DNA of 64,000 nucleotides from Catajapyx aquilonaris (taxonomy: Eukaryota): NCBI GenBank assembly GCA_000934665.2, contig KZ538086.1, positions 1-64,000 of the forward strand, read 5' to 3'. Within the stretch, counting starts at the first letter, position 1; every line of letters begins with the position of its first letter. Positions 26,101-35,526 of this stretch are shown here, piece after piece. The notes below the pieces were generated by a model. The model was not told where the DNA came from. It did not search any database and worked only from the letters and a program-made list of their open reading frames with translations. Made by a program: the position numbers and the translations under genes.

Positions 26101-26775
26101 CGGGTTTGGAAGTGCGTCGAAGCAGACATAACTCTTGGTCGGGCGTCAGCCTCGACGGTTTCAGTCGCATTTGACTAAGTCGATAGTAGGAGAAAAGGGC
26201 TGAATCATAGCAATTGGGTGCGGATGGCCGAAGATTGAAGAAGTAGGGGGGTTGCCCCTGAGAGCCATCCTGAAGGGTCCGTAACCCCTAGCGCCCCCAC
26301 ATCCCCCCCCCCCCACATCCCCCCCCCCCTCCTCTCCACCTCGCAACCTTCGAACTGGGGAGAGGTAGAGAGAGAGGGGGGCGGGGAGAGGGGACTGCTC
26401 GAATAAGGTCATTATGAAACCCCGCACGAATTGGCCATAAAGGCGAAATTGTTAGGTAGTGCGCGAGAGGCTGTATCGCTTTTGTAGAAATGGGCAAGCC
26501 CGGAGCCCGTCCTGATGATGAATTATGTACCACTTCATCTGCGTGCCTTCTCCCAGTCACCCCTGCCTCCCCCTCCCTCCCCCTCCCTCCCGTGCCTTAC
26601 GACTCAGCCTCCGGGGTCCTTGCCAGTTGCCAGTTTTATCTCACGCGAGCCCCTCCGCCTGTCAAAGATAGCGCGAGACTAGAGGACGAGGAATTTGCCA
26701 GCACCAGACCCCAAAACCCCCCGAGGGAGGCTTAGCTCCATTCTTGGGCGTGGTCCGGACCAATCACTCAAATCA

Positions 26776-26829
26776 CCGACTCCCCCCCCCCCCCNNNNNN
26801 NNNNNNNNNCCGACTCCCCCCCCCCCCCC
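26776..26829. other. Assembly gap (15 N) flanked by duplicated CCGACT-poly(C)
   Basis: N at 26795-26809. The same CCGACT plus C run occurs on both sides (26776-26794 and 26810-26829), which suggests unmerged overlapping contig ends. Confidence 0.85.
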
Positions 26830-29800
26830 GCTCTCTCTTTCTCTCCCGTTCCCATCTCAAAATGCGGGAACGAGTACTGTTGGAGTGGGAATGACGTGTA
26901 CAGGTTCACCTAGAGGTGAGGTGGCAAGTGCTGCTGGCCTTATGGTTTCAACTGATAGGGGACCGTCCTGGCTTCTTAATAGCTCGGCTTGTTTGAACTC
27001 TCCGGGTGATCTAGAGGAAAACCAATGTACACTGTCGCGCCTCACCGACGAAATTAGTTGATGATGGTGTACGTGAGCTCGCTTCACTGACTGCAGCCCC
27101 ACGAGGGAGCCTCACGGGAGCGTAACTGGGCCCCTCGACTGTCTCTACACTAATATTGCATTGATTTATTTCTGGAGATGTAGGCACGCTTTATTGACTG
27201 CCTCCTAAGTCCTTAACTGCTTTCAAACTTTGGGGCGTTAAAAATGCAGCGCATTTTAAGAGCACGTATTTGGAACAATACCCTCGAAATGTAATATTTA
27301 GTACGTGTACTACGTTGTTGGAGAGTATAAGAGATAACTTGGTTACATGTCGCAAGTTTCTACTCCATTATACTGCGTATAACACTTTTTGGATTATGCG
27401 TCCGTTTTTTGCGCTATAATTCTGTTGATGTGGTTATTTTTGTCATTGTGTTGTGAAGGGCCTGAGGTCCTGTGAAAGAGGCACTGTATCATCAAAGCGT
27501 GGGCCTGTTGTAAATAACAAAAAAAGGCAAGTTCTGGGGAATAGGTGCACAAATTGAACTATAGCAGCCATTCATGCAGTAGCCGTAAGCTGGTGCACTT
27601 TTCCACATTTAATGCTAACAAAAATAATTGATTAATTGACCACCACGACCTTTGGTATTACACTGGAACGTGGGTGCTAAAGCAGCAGGCGTTATTCCTA
27701 CAGTTGACCCAAGTTTCCATTAGGTTGTAGGAGGCATGGATGCGTTTGAGTCAAGGCCACTCGTATCCTGGCCATGTACGCGACCGCAGAGCTTGGTTGT
27801 CGTGCGGGCCAGACGGAATGTCAGGATGCAAGTCGAAAATCTGGTGTGGTGGACTCGGAGCTAAGCGCCAATTTGACAACAGGGCCTTTTCCCGTTGGGG
27901 TCTCTCTCCCAGGGCAGGAATTCCAGTAAGCAATACTGGAGGCGGGGGAGGAGGAGGAAGAGGGAGGGTGGGCTAATTTCCGGGCTTCATGGCTGTTTCA
28001 TAAGGTGTGTGCTGGTTCCATTTGGGCTTGCAGTTGAGAGAGCCAGACTCTCTCTGCCAACCCCCCCCCCCCCTCCCACCCACCCACCCAGTACTCTGGA
28101 GGTGGGAATGGGGGGGTGTGTGAGAGTAGGGAGGGAGATTGCCTTCCGAGAGCCCAAGGTATGCGAAGGCCCATGAATGCGACAGGGAATTCGAAGTGCC
28201 CCGAGTGTTAAAACCCAACCGGAGGGACGATTTGGATGGGTGGTCAGCCGGCCGCAAGCAAGGCCTGGAAATGGTTTTGCACCGTGTTTTATAGCGTCGC
28301 CGCTTTCCTATGAAATGTTAATTTCTATCGCTGGCTCCCAGGAATTCGCTGCACTCAAGTCTGAAAACCGGACTCTACCCCGATCGCGTAATTATGGCGG
28401 ATGGAGATGGTGCAGAAACTATTTAAATTTATTGATACGCGCATTGCGCAAGTTTGCTAAGTAATATGAGTAGTGAAAGTTGGAGGAGGCTCTCTCTCCC
28501 TCCCTCCCTGGTGAGGCATTCACTTAGCTGCACCTAAATGGAGCTTAAGTGAGTTGTGACGATTTCTCCCGCTCGTGGTCCCTGCTGCTGGAAGGGAAGG
28601 GTTTTGGACAAGTCCCCAGCACGCGATGTGCTTCCTTGCTCTTCCTCACCCGACTTAATCTAGTGATGCCTGGTGTGTGTGGGAGGGTGTGTGTCCTGGA
28701 AAGGAGAAGGGGGGGGGNGGGGGGGGGGTTAATTTACCCAGTGAGTTAGACCGGCGTTTTTGCGAGTCCATTGGCAAGGGCTGCAAGTCGCGCTAGATTG
28801 GTGCTGGGGGCGGCCCTCGGAGCCAGTCGTGGGGGCCATCGACATACCTCTCCAAGTCGGCCGTATAGGAGCTCCCGAGAAGGTCGTAGGGGGGCCGCCG
28901 AGTAATTATCCGGGTCGGGGGAGCCTAAATGCAGGAGAAGTTGGGTAAATAGGCCGGGCCACTTGTATCGTAAAGTCGGCGGGGCCATCAAGTGCAAATG
29001 AAATAGCGGGAGGGGGTGGTGGGGGTGGAAGGAAGGCAAGGGAGGGAGGGAGGGAGAGACAAACTATACGTCCAAAAGCTACCCACCCTCCATCCCCACC
29101 CTCCTCTGCCACACTGCTTATTGCGCCTTGTTGCTATCTTAGGGGGGAAGGGATGGTAATTGAAAGGTTGCTTCCTGGAGTGGATGAGAAAGACCGTTTG
29201 GTGCCCGGACTGATTAGGGCCTAGCCGGAGTTTGCGACATTCTTATTGGAGCGCAACGTCTGGTCGTATTTACCTACCTTGGGGCCATGGGCTGAGGGAA
29301 GGAGAAGGGAGAGGGCAGTGTTTATTTCCCGACATTAGGTCTAAGTGCTAATATACTCTGCGAAATGATTCACTGACGTAATCAACATATTAAATCATCT
29401 CGTCGGACGTGATGCACGCTGTCTTATCATCATTTTGGCAGGAAATTAATTACTGCAGTCTCGCCATATTGTGTCGAGCACAGGGTATTTCAACGAGCTT
29501 CTCCTAAATAATTTTCGGATTGCTTTGTTTGGACACCTTGCATATTACCACTGCGGGGTGGAGCAGTATATGGATGGTAACCTATCCCTAGACAGATTTA
29601 GTCCCAAAAAGGCCGAAAATGAGTTGCGTCCACCTGGTGGGCAGGCTATCATTGTTCGGTTTATCGTGTCGCTAACGGCCAAAACCGCCATATTTAAAAC
29701 ACGTAAATGCCAAAAGGCACAAAAATGGAATTTTTATGATCAATACTTGCGCCAATTTTTAGGGCCTCCCTAAAAGTTGAAAAAAGGATGTACCGAACTT

Positions 29801-32800
29801 GGCTGGCCGACTAGCTAAGTTCCGTTCAGTCATTACCAGTCCGCCATTCAAATGTAAAAGGTCAGCTCGGCAGTAAAACCATCCAAAGCAGCAACATAGC
29901 TCAAGGCCAGCAACCAGCGACGCACTGAGAGAAGCTACCCCTCATCTCTGTATGTGCCATCATATAGGGCGACAAATTGTGATGGAGGTTTTGCAAGGAT
30001 GTATAGCGCACCTCGCCATGCTCGGAGACATGCAGTGCCGTGTGTGGGCCCCTGGGCGGCACTCTCCTTATTGCCCTGTTTCCTATATAACGTCGGCATA
30101 TTCCCACCTCACTGACTTACATAACTGCCCTGCTTAGCTTTCTATGCGTAACTTGCGACAAGTGCTTTCACAGACCAAGAAATGCAATCATGTAAATGGT
30201 GGTGTCTTTCTAGGGGCTATGAAGTAATGATATCAAGGAGCTCCCAGTTCCAAAGGAAGAGCATTCACAGGTTGTGGCGGTTTCCATAGGCCGTGATTGG
30301 AGCCCAGCAGCAATTTAAGGTGCTCCACGGATTAGTTTGGGGTTGCCGATGCTTGGTGTGTGCACGTGCATACATGCGGTGTGTATACAGACGCGGCTGC
30401 GTTTTCTCCTGGCCTAACGATCTTCGCAGCAGCAGCAGGGGCAAGCAGGATGGGAGGGGGGTGAGGGAAGGGAAAGGCAGCTGAGCAGCAGTGGACTTGG
30501 GACTGGCGTTAATACTTCCTGTTTTCCATTTTGTGGGTTGGCGCAAATTAGCTTGTTCCATTAGCAGCAGGTGGATCTGATCCCTCGACCCCTGCACCTC
30601 AGGGTGGGGTTTGGTTGGGTGGAGGATTCATACCCGCGGCAGGAACTTAGTCCGGGGCGAGGCGACAGGCACTGTTTGCTCTGAAAATCGCTGCAATACA
30701 CTAATTAACGAATACACGCAGCGTCGTCCTAATTAACCCGAGTGAATGACTGCTGTCATCCCGCGCATGGCGAACCTTCCAACCCAGCTCCGATCCTCAC
30801 ACACACACCTCGCCGCCATTGGACTGCAGGCAGGCATGGCACTAGCTTGCACCGGAAAATAGCTTGAGCAGCGTCTCACCACCCAGGGTATATTCAATAG
30901 CCTCGGGAGGGGAGGGGGGGGGGGGGAGAGAGAAAAAACTGCTGATTGCCTGCGTTCACTTGGCGGATGCTAATTAGTCCTTTCATCACTAGGGCTGGCA
31001 AAGCTGCAGCCACTTGAGAATAGTTACAGTTTATTTTTTGCAAAGGCCCGGGAATTTAATACGGTCGTGACATGGCAAACGGGCGGATATCGCATGGGCA
31101 GTGCAGCATTTATTGGTGTTGTTTTGGGTGAGTCGGGGCCCAGGGGAATGGGCCTCATTAGCTGCAGCGACCTGTAATTGTCTTCTTGATGCCGGGCTGT
31201 CCCCTGCATCTTGGCTTTATTCCTCTCCTCAAGTGCTGCGGTGGAGATGAAGGATTTAATAAAATATAATCCCCGGTAGCGATTCTTGCCTGGCCTAAGT
31301 ATGGAACGAGTAGATAACCCAAATTCCTGTGCCGAATTACCTATGCGCCCGGGCCGACAACTAATGGTGGGAATTAACACGGGGAGGTAAATGAAAAGCG
31401 GTCCAATTTGTACATTTGGCTGTAAACGGACCCGGTTTTATTCCTTTTTTTTGTGTGTGAATAACTTATGACTATAAATGCGCCCCATCTTGGGTCCGTG
31501 ATGGCCGGGTTTACACATTCTAATTCGCTGTCCCGTGCAGAATAACACTGACGCCGGAGACAATTCTGGTGACACGGACCGGGCTAACGGCGTGAGATAT
31601 TTTTTGCAATTAGTCCCACTAAATCCGGGTTCTCCCCCCTTCCCTCCCCAAAAAAGGTTAATCAGAGCGCATTTAGACGGGCACCGAAAAAAGGAATACA
31701 AAAAAAACGAGAGAGAGCGGCGTGTACAATCGCTTCCGTAGCAGCGATCAATGGGTAGAAGCACCGGGGCTAATATCGCAAGAAAGGAGCAATTACAACA
31801 AACTGCAGGGCTTTAATGAAAATGAAGCGGGCGGTCTAACTTGATTGTGGGGCGCAGCGAGTTGGTGCTTCGTTGGAATTGACAGATGGATTAATTAGCC
31901 GTGTTTCCCACATTGGCTCCCTCAATAGAGGTTGTCTGCCTTTACTGGGAGCAATTGTAAATGCGCTTGTGGATTTGGACGTGTGCGCGCTTGTGTGCGT
32001 TGGTGGGTGCCTGCCATGTTGGCCAGAGACACATCGGGGCCCAGGGTTTTGTCACAAACACAGCCGGCTATGATGGGGATAATCGCCAGCCGCCCTTATC
32101 TATGTATTACACGTCATTTGCGGTCAGGTCCGCAGGTGTCACCTCAGCATCAGTGTAATTGACTCCCACGCGTTTCCTTGTTATTAAAATATTCGACGTC
32201 ACGCATGCAAGAAAACACGGGGGACGGTTGATGGCTCGTGTTGCGGGGAAGGGGGAACGGGCTACACACATGAACCCCGCACCGTTTTTTTTTTTTTAAA
32301 TTAATTACAATTGTCATCTCCGGTTGAAGGGAACAAATGCAACGCAGGTTTTGGAAAAGCTGCTTGAGGCCACTCCGGGCATACACACTTTGAGCCGAGC
32401 TGGCCGAGAGGTAGCATCATCAGAGGTAGCAGTTGGTGGCCCTGGTTGCCGAATTTGTTCGCTCATCCCAAGTGGAAACTAATCAAGAACAAACGACGGG
32501 GCGATGTGTTAGCCTGGTGCGGGAGAGGGAAAGAGAAGTGAATGACACGGTACGAAACAATCCCGGCTTCATGTCCCCCCGAGGATCTGCTGACCTAAAT
32601 GAAGCGGAGATAGAATGAGATGGGGGATACACTCGGATATACAGTATATAGGAAATTGAAGCAGTGTTTTAGCATGCTGGACTAGACGTGGTGTGGCAGG
32701 CTGCTATTGGCATTTGAGCGACTAAGTAGTGCCCTAATGTCTGCTTGCGACGTGGAAAGGGACAAATCACAGCAGTCATAGGGTTGAAGGGAGCTGTTTG

Positions 32801-34384
32801 GAAATGTGGATGTCACATGTTTACTGCTTACGAGCGGAAACAGTCGATTCTATTGTATTGTTGCACGCGACGGTGTACTGCTGGTGGAACGCAGTTTGAA
32901 GGAACTCTTGCATTTTAGAAAAACCCTGTATAAATGACCACTGCACGAACAACCCTGCGGCGATGGAGGTGTTACGAAAAATACCCCTGCACCGTTTTAC
33001 GATTCTGAAGGGACTTCATTTACACACACACACACACAATATACAGAACACTGTGTGTGCGTGTAATTTTCCTCTCCCCGCCAGTTCATACACGGGCTTG
33101 TAAATGCATTACTTAAATTTTTCTCTTTTGTTCTGCAACCTCTCTCAGCATCCGTAATGTTTATCACTTTTTCCCGCATCAGTCCCACCAAAAAAACCAA
33201 CTTTTTTTATTAATAAATTCCGGGGACCATACAAAGAGCGGCGTAACTTTATTTTCGTTCTGTGGATTACATACTAATATTCAATAAACTGTCCCGGACA
33301 GCTGTTCGAGGTCCTGCATTAAACAGGCGGAATCGAAACCTAATTTTTAGTTCTCTTTGAACTTTTTTTTTTATCTTGGTCATCATCTGACCTGGGGGAG
33401 GGGGAGCGGGGGAATTGGAAGTGGGGAATATAAAAAAAAGGACCTGGAGCGAAAATAGGCATCGATTCAGTTATGGCATTTTTCGTCTTTGTGTATAGGG
33501 GCGGAGAGATCAGTCCAATTTCATGCCCGATGCTTCAGGTTTAGTCTGCAAGTTTTTTCTCTCTCTCTCCGTATCTCTTTTTATGTCCTAAACGATCGTT
33601 TTGTAGTCTCTAAACTTTGCTCTTGATGTTATGAGTTTTAAGATACAGCGCGATATGGAAGTTGGATTTTTACCCCTGCATTTGAGCATTCAACGTGTGT
33701 GTGTTTTGTGTCTACAACTACCTTGTGAAGCCATGGTGCACCAACAGCCGATATGTGTGAAATGGGCTAATTGAATTTCTGTGCTGTGCAATACAGCAGA
33801 GCGCCAGAATTGAAGGTGTTGTGCTAGGCATGCACTTCGTGCGGTTGAATGGTCCTCGTAATTCTTTCCCCCCTCCAAAAGTTACAAGGGTGCTGATTCT
33901 TGCAGTCAGAATTGAATGCTCTAATCGCAGCGCAGCATTTAATCGCGCGACTTAAGTGAAGGGTATGGCGACAGTTACACGTATTTAGTGTTACGAGTGA
34001 GCTGGTACTTGGCGAGCAGAGGCGCGAAATATCACGTGTATCTAAATTGATCTCGGCGAGTGTGACGGGACGTGAGAAGCAAAGGGAGCTAGAAGCCACC
34101 CCACCACCAACGTCAGAGTTATGGCAGTTTTTAAGGGGGTCCGCAGCGTAATGTGGTTATCCGAGCAGATAATGGCACCTACCCAATCAGAGGAAGGAGG
34201 ACCGTCCTTTGGCAAGAGAAGCCAAGCCACCATTCCTTGTTGTGTGTTCTGTTGTCTCCAAGGCATAAATCCGGGCCGGAATTTATCCTGGCATCGAGTC
34301 GGCCGGTTTCTATATGCGCGGCCATCTATCTGGCTTGTCTTGCGGCTCCGGGTCTAAGCATTTTGGGTTGGTTTTGGTGGAATA

Positions 34385-34429
34385 GGGTGGGGTGGTTGGA
34401 GAGGGGTGGGGTGGTTGGAGAGGGGTGGG
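34385..34429 (+). repeat. 19-bp G-rich tandem duplication (GGGTGGGGTGGTTGGAGAG x2 plus a partial copy)
   Basis: Identical units at 34385-34403 and 34404-34422, followed by a partial third copy. Confidence 0.85.
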
Positions 34430-34984
34430 AGGGGGAGAGAAAGAGAGAGACCTCTTTCCAAGTCGGGCATTTTACTGCGGACTTTGCCTGGAAATATATG
34501 GGTCTTGCCTTCGTACCTGAAAAGCGTGTAACTTTTATGATTACTGTCTTAGAGCAAATGGGATGGCATTAATTTTTCAGCCGTATCGGGAAGGATGGGT
34601 TTTATTTGCGTATCTTATTTCGGTAATGTGTTTCGGTATGCTGCAAAATGCTGGGAGAGGTATAAGTAAATGGGGAGCAATTTGGCCTACTCGAACTTTA
34701 CGAGGAGCCGCAGCAGGAGACGTATAAGACCAGGAAGGGGTCGGGGATTTGGGGAGAGGATGAGGGAGAGGGAGGGGTGGGGGGAGAGAGAAAATGTTTC
34801 AGTGGTGCCCTGGTGGTTTGGACTTTGAAAATTTATCATTTTCATTAGAATTTTCCTCTGCTGCGGTCAGAGCAGAAGAAAAAGACATAAAAATCTGGCA
34901 TAAATCATTGCCAATAAGCGTTAAGGGGGTCCAATTATGCGGATTAGGATCAGGTTTAAAAAAATGCTGGTATATTTTTGCAAA

Positions 34985-35016
34985 CTAACTCGATTTTTCT
35001 TTCCTTCTAGGTAAGC
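34985..35016 (+). other. Recursive splice site (ratchet point) 2: branch point, pyrimidine tract, TAG|GTAAGC, junction 35010/35011
   Basis: Sequence reads aaaCTAACtcgatttttctttccttcTAG|GTAAGC. Consensus branch point CTAAC is at 34985-34989, followed by a pure pyrimidine tract. There is no AG from 34954 to the acceptor AG (35009-35010). Donor GTAAGC follows immediately. Confidence 0.82.
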
Positions 35017-35063
35017 AATTTGCTGATCCACGTCAAATGGCATGGCATCTGCTCTCCTTGTCG
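35011..35063 (+). other. Cryptic 53-nt RP exon downstream of ratchet point 2
   Basis: Strong donor TCG|GTGAGT at 35064-35069, 53 nt after the acceptor. Length is not a multiple of 3. Confidence 0.6.
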
Positions 35064-35481
35064 GTGAGTCTGTGATATTGTTATTTCGCCTCGCGTGACT
35101 GCCGAGATGGACGTGTTGACAACGTAGTGTGTGCGATCTGAGAGTACATTGATGTATCATGTGCCCCCGCATGTGGGTTAGTAAAGCAAGTGCGTGGATA
35201 TGTCTGAAAAATCGATTTCACGCGTCGTGCTACAGCTGTGGTCTGCTTTGAAGGCTACATTCACGGTCACTTTTAAAGAATAAACGTGTTGCGTGTTTTT
35301 TTCACCCCGGTAATGGTCTTGACCTTATTGTCACATCAGGTAGGCCACCACTCTATCACGAGAGGTTTTAAAAATTAACCTGGTATATGCGTTTTGCGCA
35401 AATTAGGACTAATTTAATTACGGAATCATGTACGCGCCAAATATAGTTTGGACTTCAACTTGATTAAAAAATTAGTAGTGG

Positions 35482-35526
35482 TGACGTCATTACGTACTCA
35501 TGTTTTCGGGATTAATTTTGACGTCA
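35482..35526. promoter_or_regulatory. Pair of full palindromic CRE/ATF sites (TGACGTCA x2)
   Basis: TGACGTCA at 35482-35489 and 35519-35526, embedded among TAAT/ATTA motifs (35401-35420, 35511-35517). Confidence 0.4.

Noticed and set aside
26776..26829. Direct repeat CCGACT-poly(C)
   Set aside because: It flanks an N gap, so it is most likely an assembly artefact rather than a biological repeat.
32393..32460. tRNA/SINE-like A-box (TGGCCGAGAGG)
   Set aside because: No B-box (GTTCRANNC) or cloverleaf downstream.
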